Source: the human T2T-CHM13v2.0 reference genome, Homo sapiens. From it: 64,000 bases of DNA. Each line of letters starts with the position of its first letter. The stretch's first letter is position 1. Below, in pieces: positions 1 through 44,600 of the stretch. The DNA is taken from the NCBI RefSeq assembly GCF_009914755.1, contig NC_060925.1; one strand, given 5' to 3'. Position numbers and translations under genes: made by a program. The notes below the pieces were generated by a model. That model made no database searches and was not told the origin of the DNA. It saw only the letters and a program-made list of their open reading frames with translations.

Positions 1-224
1 CTTGATTTTCCCTTTGACCCGAAATAGCTGCATCATTGCTTTCAGCCCTGCATTGCTGAAATAGATCACCACATGTTTATTCGCTCAAACAGGTCTGTCT
101 TGTTTGGTTATATTACTTTAGCCAAGGTCAGCTACGTTTTTATTAAGCTGGTAAGTAAAGAAAGCCCATCTATTTGCATTGAGAACACTGCATAAAATCT
201 AGCTGATTCTTGGTTTTTCTCTAG

Positions 225-12430
<12,206 letters not shown>

Positions 12431-12639
12431 TATGGGGTAGCCCTTGCATTGCAAGATGATGATTTGATTATGGACACATTATCAACAGAATTGAATTTGC
12501 ATGGAACTCAAGACACGCTTAAGATCACCACAGCATAACTGCAGATTTCAGGAATTACAGTCATAGAGGGTACATCAACTTGAAGAGTAGATTGAGTCTT
12601 ACAGGAAGTGAGTTACAATAAGTAACATTAAGAGCCCAG

Positions 12640-14007
<1,368 letters not shown>

Positions 14008-14346
14008 TTATTTCATAGTTTTTTTAAATGTCATGTTTCTAATGTTTAGATAATCTTGAAAGAAATTCTCCTCACTTCCCCTTTATCCTCCATCTTTCAT
14101 CAAAGGAAAAAAAATCAAAGCAGTACAAGTACTCCTTTTTTTTTCCCCCAATTAATCCAAGTTCCTTAGAAATGTTGCTGTTTGGGTGAGAATTCTACTG
14201 ATTATCCCGACTTCACAGCCAGCAATGACACTTTCAGCAGAAAGTTTTCTTGGCATAAACTCTTTAGTTCTCAGACTGCTTACTCATAAGTTCTTCTTGA
14301 GAACTTGTCAGCGACGCAATCTGTTTTGTCTTGAAGAGCACAAGAC

Positions 14347-25679
<11,333 letters not shown>

Positions 25680-26276
25680 TGCCGCGCGCGGCCAAGACCT
25701 CACCGACCAAACCGCCCGCGAGGCCGCCGCGATCTGGCTGGTCCCGAACGGCGAGGCGAGTGTGCACGCGCCAGAGCCGGAACCCGAGCCGGCTCAAAGG
25801 TCAGGGGCGCCCTAGGATCAAGGCGGGGGAGGGGCCCCAGGACCTGCCGTGCTCTCCCCTCAACCCCTCTGGACTTCAGCCTCTGGCAAATAGAGTCAGG
25901 CTGGGGGTGCCCACTGGCCGGCACTGTGCCAGGGGTGTCTGCGCCCTGCTCCCCACTGTGGCCTTCAGCAGCCTCTTCTCCCATTCAGAGTAATTGTTTG
26001 TTTTTATAGAGACGGTCTCACTGTGTTGCCCAGACTGGTCTCCAACTTCTGGACTCAAGTGATTCTCCCACCTTGGCCTCCCAAAGTGCTGGGATTACAG
26101 GTGTGAGCCACAGCAGCCACCCCAGAGTAATATTTTTAAAGCCAGAAAGATATGAAGGAAAATGATCTTTCTCTAAGCCAGAAAAATAGGAAATGCATTT
26201 TTTTAAATAATGTATTTTTAAATGTCCAGGGATAGGAATCTCAAGAAGCAGTAAAGTTAGTTAGCTACTTAGCTAG

Positions 26277-26504
<228 letters not shown>

Positions 26505-26573
26505 TAATCCCAGCACTTTGGGAGGCTGAGGCGGGCGGATCACGAGGTCAGGAGATCGAGACCATCCTGGCTA

Positions 26574-26852
<279 letters not shown>

Positions 26853-27659
26853 TTACATCCTCTTTATTTCTAAGGGGAAAGAAAAACACACGTGGAAAGA
26901 AAGAAGTGATTTGTAATGGAATTATGTGAGCCATTTAGCAGTATTATATATATTATTTTTTCTGATCTCTAAATGTTGAGATTGAATGGAAAAGGCTCAC
27001 ATTTGCATTTACGTTGCAACCTCTACACAAAGGTTGCACATTAGGCCAGGCGCGGTGGCTCACACCTGTAATCCCAGCACTTTGGGAGGCCGAGGTGGGC
27101 GGATCATGAGGTCAGGAGATGAGACCATCTTGGCTAACATGGTGAAACCCCATCTCTACTAAAAATACAAAAAATTAGCCAGGCGTGGTGGTGGGCACCT
27201 GTAGTACCAGCTACTCGGGAGCCTGAGGCGGGAGAATGACGTGAACCCGGGAGGGTGGAGTTTGCAGTGAGCCAAGATCGCGCCACTGCACTCCAGCCTG
27301 GGCAACACAGCAAGACTCTGTCAAAAAAAAAAAAAAAGGTTGCACATTAAACCCCACACCACTCCAGCCTCCACTCTGGAGTGGAGCCTCCACTCTGCAG
27401 GTCGGGACAGAGTTTCCTAATGGTCAATTATCAGTGCTTAGTGTTGGCCTTGGGGCAGGTCCCAGCCATTTTCTGGAACAAATGCAACAATCTCTCAGTT
27501 ATTTTTTCCTTTTTTTCTCCCTTATGCCACTTAAAGGGTCTCAGTTATTCTCTTGACTCCCAAATTCAACTGCTATTTCTTTCATGTTGCTTGTCCTGAA
27601 TGTATCATGTTCTTACTCCGGGTTTTTCTTTCATTCAGCTCACAAATATTGAGTGTCCG

Positions 27660-28300
27660 CTATGTGCCAGGCGTTCCAATGAGGTGTCCCCAACATCCAC
27701 TACTGCTGAGCACCCTCTCTCCTTGAAACGTTCCTCAGGCGGCCTCTTGACTGGGACTCCCCTGGTCTCCTTCCACCTTCGTGGCTCCTTCTCGGCTGGC
27801 AATCCCTTTTAATACGGAGGTGATGACTTTCACCCATAGGCAGGTCAACCACAAGCCCAAATCCCAGCCCTGAGCTCCAGGCGACCAATTTCTAACCCTG
27901 ACCTGGATGCTTGACAGCACCTGGGGTGGGCTGCAAGTTCAGCCAGCGACTTTCCACCTCCCTGTCTCTGATCCTGCTCTACGCCCCCAAATTTAAGAAG
28001 TCCTGATGGTTTCCTGCCCCCAAGCCTTCTGCTCATTTCCTCTGCTGTTACTCTGGTCCAGGCCTTCCCACCCCAGCTTTCCAGCTGATCTCACTCTCAC
28101 TAGTATCACCATACATATGCCTGCCCGGTAATGCTTCCTGGAGCCAATTCTTCCTGTGTTTCCCCTTCTGCAGCTCCACGGGCTTGTTCCTCCAGCCCAT
28201 GGTCAGCTGCCTCAGCCCCCACTTTCTTGCCTCCTTTCCTTTGTTCATGCTTTTCTGTCTGCCTGCAGTGCTCCACCCCAGCCCTCAGCTCCACATGTCC
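27660..28300. mobile_element. Degraded L2 LINE fragment
   Basis: The minus strand resembles L2 segments (ctggagctcagg...gtttcaaggagagagggtg). Confidence 0.55.
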
Positions 28301-28703
28301 AATGTTCAGTAGAAGCCCACCCTCAAAAGACCCTGAACTTTTTTTTTTTTTAAGGGAGATAGAAGTCTCGCTCTGTCATGAAGGCTGTGGTGCTGTGGTA
28401 CAGTCATAGCTCACTGCAGCCTCCACCCCCTGGGCTTGAGCAATCCTTCTGCCTCAGCCTCCCAAGTAGCTAGGACTACAGGTGCACACAACTATGCCCA
28501 GCTAATTTTTGTATTTTTTGTAGAAATAGGGTCTCACTGGGTGCGGTGCCTCATGCCCGTAATCCTAGCACTTTGTGAGACCAAGGCAGGCACATGGCTT
28601 GAGTCCAGGAGCTTGAGACCAGCCTGGCCAACATGGGGAAATCCTGTCTCTACAAAGAATACAAAAGTTAGCCAAGACTGGTGGTGCACACCTGTGGTCC
28701 CAG

Positions 28704-29464
28704 TGTATCGAATTGGTGGGTTCTTTGTCTCGCTGACTTCAAGAATGAAGCCACAGACCCTCGCGGTGTTACAGTTCTTAAAGATAGTGTGTCCGGAGTT
28801 TGTTCCTTCAGATGTTCAGATGTGTCCGAAGTTTCTTCCTTCTGCTAGGTTCGTGGTCTACGCTGACTTCAGGAGTGAAGCTGCAGACCTTTGCAGTGTT
28901 ACAGCTCTTAAAGGCGGCGCGTCTGGAGTTGTTCGTTCCTTCACGGTGGGTTCGTGGTCTCGCTGGCCTCAGGAGTGAAGCTGCAGACCTTTGCGGTGAG
29001 TGCTACAGTTCGTAAAAGTGGCGCGTCCAGAGTTGCTGTCCCTCCCAGTGGGTTCGTGGTCTCGCTGGCTTTAGGAGCGAAGCTGCAAAACTTCACGGTG
29101 AGTGTCACAGCTCATGAAGGCGGCACAGACCCAAAGAGTGAGCAGCAGCAAGAGCTATTGCAAAGAGCAGAAGAACAAGGTTTACAAACAACGTTTCCAC
29201 AATTTGGAAGACTCCCCGACCAGCTTGGTGCCGCTGGTTCCGGCAGCCTGCTTTTATTCCCTTATCTGGCCCCACCCACATCCTGCTGATTGGTCCATTT
29301 TACAGAAAGCTGATTGGTCTGTTTAGACAGAGTGCTGATTGGTGCGTTTACAAACCTTTAGCTAGACACAGAGTGCTCATTGGTGCATTTACAATCCTTT
29401 AGCTAGACAGAAAAGTTCTCCAAGTCCCCACCTGACCCAGAAGCCCAGCCGGCTTCACCTCTCA
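28704..29464 (-). mobile_element. Solo LTR12-family (HERV9/ERV9) LTR nested in a plus Alu (28538-28703 + 29465-29600), itself nested in a minus Alu (28339-28537 + 29601-29720)
   Basis: Minus strand begins TGAGAGGTGAAGCC...GGGGACTTGGAGAACTTTTCTGTCTAGCT and ends ...AGAACCCACCAATTCGATACA; 4-bp TSD CCAG/CTAG; tandem CCAAT repeats. Confidence 0.9.
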
Positions 29465-30316
29465 CTAGCTACTCAGAAGGCTGAGATGGGAGCATCACCT
29501 GAGCCCAGGGAGGTAAAGCTGCAGTGAGCTGTGATTGCACCACTTCGTTCCAGCCTGGGAGACAAAGTGAGACCCTGTCTCAAAAAAACAAACCAAAAAA
29601 AGAGATGGTGGGCCTCACTACGTTTCCCAGGCTGGTCTTAAACTCCTGGATGCAAGCAATACTGCTACCTCAGCTTCTCAAAGTGTTGGGAATACAAGTA
29701 TGAGCCACTGTGCTCAGCCTTTTTTTCTTTGTTGTGTGTGTGCCTGTTTTAATTTATAATCCTGTATATATCAACAGATATATCCCACATAACAAAAGCT
29801 TTCTGAGATCCTCAGTAATTTTTTTTAACTTTTTTGAGAGACAGGGTCTGGCTCTGTCTCCCAGGCTGCAGTGCAGTGGTACTGTCGTGGCTCACTGCAG
29901 CCTTGAATCCTAGGACTCAACTGATCCTCCCACCTCAGCCTCCTGAGTAGCTGGGACCACAGGCTCATGCCACCTCAACTGGCTAATATTTTTTAAATTT
30001 TTTTTGTAATTATGAGGGTCTCACTATGTTGTCCAGGCTGGTCTTGAACTCCTCAAGGGATCCTCCCACCTTGGCCTCCCAAAGTGTTAGGATTACAGGT
30101 GTGAGCCACCACACCTGGCCTCAATAATTGTAATAGTGTAAAGGAGTCTTGAGATTTAAAAAAGCGAAAACATCTGAGAACTGCTAGCTTCAGTCAGTGG
30201 TTTCATAGTATTGTTTGTGAGAAACATTTACATCGATTTCCTGGAGTGTCTGTTAAAATTCAGATTCCTGGACCCCATCCCAAACTACAGAATTAGAATC
30301 TATCAAATGTTTTCAG

Positions 30317-32443
<2,127 letters not shown>

Positions 32444-34164
32444 CTAAAACTTGGCCAGGTACAGTGACTCATGACTATAATCCCAGCACTTTGGGAGACC
32501 AAGGAGGGAGGACCTGTTTGAACCCAGGAGTGCAAGACCAGCCTGGTCAACACAGCGAGATGTGAGACGCCATCTCTTTTTTTTTTTTTTTTTTGTTTGA
32601 TACAGTCTTGCTCTGTCGCCCAGGCTGGAGGTCAGTGGTGCGATCTTGGCTCACTTCTACCTCCGCCTCCCGAGTTAAAGTGATTCTCCTGCCTCAGCCT
32701 CCTGAGTAGCTGGGACTATAAGCATGCGCCACCATGCCTGGCTAATTTTTGTATTTATTATTTATTTGTATTTATTTGTATTAATTTTTGTATTATATTA
32801 GCTCAATATTTAATGCTTTCCCTAATAATTTGATTTTTTTCCAAATCATAATTATACAATATGTAGAAAACATCAATTTTTTTCACCAAATCTGATAGGG
32901 ATCCAAACTCCCCCCAGTTAACTTCAGTGAGAGATATAAATTGTATCATTTTCTATGTATGCCATGACAGGAAGAAGGTTGAGAAGTACCCATCTAGTAA
33001 ACTATAATTTCCAATATCTACTTCAACCTTTTGGGTGTCCTCCAAGGGCAGTACCTTGTAAAACACAAGGAATAAATGTTTTGTGAGTGAATGAATGATT
33101 GAACAGATCTTCTAGAACTGTGAAAAGCAGCTCTGGGGTGATGAGTATCTCAGTCAACAAAACTGACAGCCTGAGTGTGGGGAAAACACCGTGTGCATTT
33201 CAGCTGTCTGCATGGATTGATTCCATTTGGCCTGCTGAATGGTGAGGTAAGGGCTCTGCAGAAGGTGTCAACGCTGAACTTGTCTGTGCTTGCGGAAGCT
33301 CAGAAATGATCCTGCCGCAACTCCAGCCTCCCCAGGCTGCCTGGCTGGGGGCTTTCTGTGACACTCATTCGCCTTGCTACAACCTCAACACTCATCTTCA
33401 CCTTCTTTGTCCCCTAGCCCTAAATAAAAATATATTGTTTAGCATGTTCAGAATGCTTTCATCTGTTAAAGGAAAAAATTTCCTGGCCGGGCGCGGTGGC
33501 TCACGCCTGTAATCCCAGCACTTTGGGAGGCCGAGGTGGGCAGATCATCTGAGGTCAGGAGTTGGAGACCAGCCTGGCCAACATGGAGAAACTCTGCCTC
33601 TACTAAAAATATAAAAATTAGCCAGGTGTGGTGGCGTGTGCATGTAATTACTCCCAGCTACTCAGGAGGCTGAGGCAGGAGAATTGCTTGAATCCAGGAG
33701 GCGGAAGTTGCCGTGAGCTAAGATGGCGCCACTGTACTCCAGCCTGGGTGACAGGGTAAGACTCTGTCTCAAAAAAAAAAAAAGAAAAGAAAAAGAATAA
33801 GAAAAAGAAAAAAATTAGCCTGGGCAACATAGTGAGACCCTGTCTCTAAAAAAAAAATATTTTTTTTTTTAATTAGCTGGGCACAGTGGCGCACACCTAT
33901 AGTCCAGCTACTCAGGAGGCTGAGGTAGGAGGATTGCTGGATCCCAGGAGGTGGAGACTGCAGTGAGCTGTGTTTGCACCACTGCACTGCAGCCTGAACA
34001 ACAAATCGAGACCCTGACAAAAAAAAAAAAAAGATAAAAGTATCTAATGATCCTTGTTAAAGCATGGTAAGGAAAAATATTCAGGACCCTTGAGATAGGT
34101 ATAGTGACCACTGCAATGGAATCTTGTAGTTGAGGAGAGCGACTGGACTCTCAACCCAATATAG

Positions 34165-35069
<905 letters not shown>

Positions 35070-35112
35070 TTAAAGCTTGTCAAAATCCCCAGTATTCTAT
35101 TCACTTTGCCTA

Positions 35113-35490
<378 letters not shown>

Positions 35491-35683
35491 TCATTTAAGG
35501 TCAGGAGTTCGAGACCAGTCTGGCCAACATGGTGAAACCCCCATCAATACTAAAAATAGAAAAATTAGCCCAGTGGGGTGGTGTGCACCTGTAATCCCAG
35601 CACTTTGGGAGGCCAAGACAGGCAGATCTCTTGAGGCCAGGAGTTTGAGACCATCCTGGTCAACATGGCGAAACCCGTCTTTA

Positions 35684-35944
<261 letters not shown>

Positions 35945-36112
35945 TCAGAGACCCACCCAGTGAGGCTGAATGTTATGCAGTTTCAGAATCAAGCCAGGAG
36001 AGGGCACAGAAAACTTCTACTTGATGATCTAACAAAGGAAAAAAGATAATTCAGGAAATGGACAGAGTTCTCCTTCAATTAGTCAGGTGACACAGTTTAT
36101 GTCACCTCCTAA

Positions 36113-36439
<327 letters not shown>

Positions 36440-37119
36440 TGATCCACCCGCCTCGACCTCCCAAAGTGCTGAGATTACAGGCATGAGCCACCGCCCCCGG
36501 CCCTCATTTAATTTTTTATTGAAGAAAATATTCAGATTTCTTTCAAGCCCCAGCCAGTCACCTATGCATTCTTTTAGATGGCATTTCGCTTTGCCCAAGG
36601 AGGTCAGCTGCTTCTGAGTAGTCCTTCTTCCTCTGCAAAGTAGGGACTATAACCTTTCCTGACTTTCCAGTGATGATGTTCACCATCAACCTGGTCCTTA
36701 GAGAGGAAGGAAGCATTAGACAAATGCAAGAGCTAATTATTAATTATGAACTATATGCTCTGGGTACATAGATCTGACTCAAGTTATTAGTAAGAATGAA
36801 TACTTGATAATTGATGATTAACAGGACTGTAGCTTAAAACCAAGGTTCTAAAGTGCACAAAGGTCAAGGACATGTAGAAAAATGCTGTTTAGACAAATCC
36901 AAATATAAGCCAACTTGTGCTAGGCAATTAAACCCAGAAAAACATTATTAAGCACTTTTGGAAGGTAAGAATTAATGCTTGAAGTGCAGATATAGACATC
37001 TCATACAAATAAAGCATGTATGATACATTTCCTATAGTATAACATAAATGGTTTGATAAAGTATTTGTTCTCTTCTTTTTTTTTTAGAGACTGGGTCTCT
37101 AAAAAAAAAAAAAAAAAAG

Positions 37120-38380
<1,261 letters not shown>

Positions 38381-39711
38381 AGTGGAGAAGGAAATGGAAT
38401 CTTCCCTTTCGATCAAATAAGCCCCTTTTCTCTTGGAATTGCCCTTTGATTTTTCTCAGTGTTAGTCTTTCTTTTAAAATCTTTAATATTTTCCTGATTA
38501 CACCTAATACATATGTATTGTACAAAGTATAAGTTGACCATAGTCTGCTCCTACTCCTGCTCAAGGTTGTTTGTTTGTTTTGTTTTGTTTTGTTTTGTTT
38601 GAGATGGAGTCTTGCTGTGTTGCCCTGCCTGGAGGGCAGTGGTGCAATCTTGGCTCACTGCAACCCTCCGCCTCCTGGATTCAAGCAATTCTTCTGCCTC
38701 AGCCTTCTGAGTAATTGGGATTACAGGTGCCCACCACCACAGCCAGCTAATTTTTGTATTTTTAGTAGAGAAGGGGTTTTGCCATGTTGGCCAGGCTGGT
38801 CTCGAACTCCTGGCCTCAAGTGATCTGCCCACCTCAGCATCCAAAAGTGCTGGGAAAAAAGTGTGGGGATTACAGGCACCTGGCCTCAAGGTTGTACTTT
38901 AATTCATATGAGACTTTGGAAAAAGTACAGGTTTCTCCTGTACAAATTGTTGGCAATGTGTCCTTTTTTCACCTTAAAATGCCTGGAAATCTTTCAGATA
39001 AGCTTTTTAAAAAAGCTTTTTTTTAGGTGTAATTTACATACCACAAAATTCACCCATTTTTAAGTGTACAAGTTAATGATTTTTCGTCCCCTTGTGCAAC
39101 CATCACAACTCAGTTTTAGAACATTTCTATCACCCCCAAAAGTTCCTTCATGCCTATCAAAGCTTTTTAAAGGGTGCGTTTTTGTGGATAATTACAATCA
39201 TGAGTAACAAGTCCCAGAAATGTCCATTTTGCCTGGCTTCCTTTTGCTGCCGGCAGGCAAAAAGAAAATTGCAAAAGCCCATCAACAAATGTTGGAAGAA
39301 AACACCATAAGCTGATCAACAGCTGTCTGCTAAAAATAGTTTATTCATGCTCTCCAGCTTTTAGTGAATGTCAGCCAAGTGCCAGGCATTGGTTAAGTCT
39401 GTTAGGGATATCAAGACAGGATAATAGCTTCCCCTGGAAGTAATTGGATATGAGTTCAATAGTATACAACCTCACTTAAAACAGTTTCCATATTCAATGG
39501 TTTGGGGTGGTAAAAGTGTGCCAGGTGGGTGTGATATTTGGACTTCCACTTCCAGAACTGAAGATAAACAGGGGCTAGATTTACTTTCCCACATAAACAA
39601 CCAAAATACGGATCCCCAAAATGTAACAAATGGTCTTTAAGACACCGGATATCACGCAACAAAGGACAGAAATCCCTGAAAAAAGTACAAATGGCTGGGC
39701 GCGGTGGCTCA

Positions 39712-40043
<332 letters not shown>

Positions 40044-40291
40044 CTACTGCAAGAAGAGCAAAGTGAGGAAGGGCCTGGTGGAATCCCGGAGCTGAGGAGA
40101 CAGAGCTGAGTCCAGGGAGACCAAGGTAGCCAGATGGAAAGGACAGAGTACCAGAGAAAGAGAGTTGTTCAGACAGAACCCCAGAGATCTGTAAAAGGTC
40201 CCCGCCTCTAGCATTCAGCAGAGTACTGTTCAGGATACATATGTAAGAAAACTACACAAGGCTGGGGAAAGAACCACGTAAAAGGATTACT

Positions 40292-40578
40292 ACAGCGATT
40301 CCTAACCTTTTTGGAGTTTCGGGATGAAACTCTTCCACCTCAGTTCATCAGACGTTCGTTAGATTCTCATAAGGAGTGGGCAACCTAGATCCCTCACGTG
40401 CACAGTTCACAATAGGGTTTGTGCTGCTATGAGAATGGAATACTGCTGCTGATCTGACTGGAGACAGAACTCAGGCAGTAATGCTCGCTCGCCTGCCACT
40501 TACCTCCTGCTATGCGGCCCGGCTCTTAACAGACCACCAACTGGTACTAGTCCGCGGCCTGGAGACTGGGACCCCTGG
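40292..40578. mobile_element. MER1B-like hAT element within an old L1 5' fragment (~39530-40730)
   Basis: tagattctcataaggag...caacctagatccctc...gggacccctg; degenerate 8-bp TSD gattacta/gattagaa. Confidence 0.7.
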
Positions 40579-40681
40579 ATTAGAAGGAATAGTGCCTACT
40601 CCTATGATCCAGATTGGAAAAACTCGTAATGTGTGGGGCATTGGAAAGAGTACTTATGAAGGTCTTGCCTCAGGGGAATAA

Positions 40682-40900
<219 letters not shown>

Positions 40901-41079
40901 TAATTTTAGTAGAGATGGGGTTTCTCCATGTTGGTCAGGCTGGTCTTGAACTTCCGACCTCAGGTGATTCGCCTGCCTTGGCCTCCCAAAGTGCTGGGAT
41001 TACCGGCGTGAGCCACAACGCCCAGCAGTTAAAGACTTTCTAACAACAAAAAGCTTAATACTTTTTTTTTTTCTTTTGA

Positions 41080-41277
<198 letters not shown>

Positions 41278-41296
41278 TGAACTCCTGACCTCGTGA

Positions 41297-41593
<297 letters not shown>

Positions 41594-42104
41594 TGATCCC
41601 CCCGCCTCGGCCTCCCAAGTGCTGGGATTACAGGCTCGAGCTACCACACCCAGCCAGCTTGATATTTTTAAGCCCATTATTTCCAATATTGTGAATTCTC
41701 AGATTTTCAAGTAATAAAATAAGCAAAATGAATCCTTAATAAAAATTCTATCTTGGCAACGCTATTTGTCATTTCCATCCTATGACTTTCTCTTCATATG
41801 TAACTGAAATTTCATAAATATTAAGAAATTGTTGTTTGGGCATAAGAATCAGATATGGAAAGGAGGCAATTGTGCTATTAACCGTGTCACTTAGGGCTAC
41901 TGCTATTTGAGGCGTGCATCACACCAGCAGAATCATATACACCTGGGAGCTTGTCAGAACTGCAGAAATTCTCAGGACCTGCTCCAGACCTAATGAATCA
42001 GAATATACAGTTTAACAAGGTTCCTGGCCGGGCGCGGTGGCTCACGCCTGTAATCCCAGCACTATGGGAGGCCGAGGGGGGTGGATCACGAGGTCAGGAG
42101 TTCA

Positions 42105-43212
<1,108 letters not shown>

Positions 43213-43535
43213 AATTTCTCCGGTCATGTTTCCTTATGTCTGAAAACAAAGGGCACTGAAACCTGTTTGTTCACTTTAGTTCACAGGCTGATTAGAAAAG
43301 TAAGTAAAATCCAATCCAAATATAAATTAAATACACGTGAAATACCAAACCCTCTAGTAAACAGCGAGCTACATACAAGTCCCAGACACTCCACGACCGT
43401 TTCTAGATTGAAAATCCTAGGCCAGGCGCAGTGGCTCACACCTGTAATTCCAGCACTTTGGGAGGCCGAGGTGGGTGGATCACGAGGTCAGGAGTTCAAG
43501 ACTAGCCTGGCCAAGATGGTGAAACCCCGTCTCTA

Positions 43536-43575
<40 letters not shown>

Positions 43576-43949
43576 AGCTAGGCGTGGTGGTGGGCGCCTG
43601 TAATCCCAGCTACTGGGAGACTGAGGCAGAGAACCCGGGAGGCAGAGGTTGCAGTGAGCCGAGACCGCGCCACTGCACTCCAACCTGGGCGACAGAGCGA
43701 GACTCCATTTCAAAAAAAAAAAAAAAAGAATATTTAAGTCTTTTCACTTCTGGGAATACACACACACACACACATATATATTTAATCGAAACACGTTACC
43801 TTTCACTCAACAACTATTCAAGACAGAAACCATTTCGGGTAAGCAGACTCCTACAGGGTCCCTACTGCACATTTCTCATCGGTGGTCAAAGCAACAAAAC
43901 GTGAACTAAGCCACAGGGTAGCTGCAGGAAGCTCTATGCCTGGGACCAC

Positions 43950-44600
43950 TACAGGCAGGCACTAGTTTCCCTGTCCACCACTGCCCGAAATGGAGTCGGG
44001 CCCGGTTCTCCTGAGCTGAGCAGGCCAAAGCAGGGAGTCCGTGAGTGGACCGGGCATAGCCAGAGCGACGCCGCAGCACCCCAGCCGCAGGGTCAGCCCC
44101 AAAAGCAGCAGGGCCCGCTTGATCGCGGATGCCGGGACGCCCTCGTGCAAGCCTCGAAGGGGGGCTGCCACCCCGAACATTCGCCAGAACGAAAGCGGCA
44201 GCCAGGAGAAGCCCTCGCAGGTGCTGTAGGGATCCAAGCGCTTGAGCTGAGTCCGAAACTCGCACAGCAACCTCGGGAGGATAAACTCCAGCAACCAGAA
44301 TCGGGTTGGCGTCGCCTAGCAACCAGGAGCCAAATGCGCGGACGCCAGGCATTGGCCTGCACGTGTCACGTGAGCCAGCGCCGCTGCCCAGTGGGAGATT
44401 ACGCCGCAGGCACGTGATGCGGCGCAACCGCCCTTTGGCAGAGCTTTTCGCGAAGGCAGTTGTGGCTCTGAGCGCATAGGCGAGGCATTCCTGGGGTTTG
44501 CGCCGTATCCTTTTACAAAGTCCTGGCTTTGGCTGGTGCGACCAAAGAAAGGAAACCGGCGCTTGAGACTTGTCTGGGCTGGCTATGGTGAAGCAGTGAA
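43950..44600. promoter_or_regulatory. Orphan CpG-island promoter: RFX X-box GTCGCCTAGCAAC 44311-44323, ATTGG 44351, CACGTG at 44360/44367/44411, E2F-like TTTTCGCG 44445
   Basis: Non-repeat CpG-dense island with clustered canonical promoter motifs; not the promoter of AGMAT or DDI2. Confidence 0.8.

Noticed and set aside
27700-28409. Several 60-90 aa ORFs and purine-rich exon-like sequence
   Set aside because: Explained by a degraded L2 element.
28704-29400. Spaced repeats (gaagctgcagacctt; gctgattggt) as a CRISPR-like array
   Set aside because: These are the internal U5 and U3 tandem repeats of LTR12 in a mammalian genome.
43906-44427. 173-aa minus ORF in the orphan island
   Set aside because: Non-ATG start, runs through promoter motifs and is Ala/Gly/Arg-rich; the periodicity favours the 43962..44294 frame.
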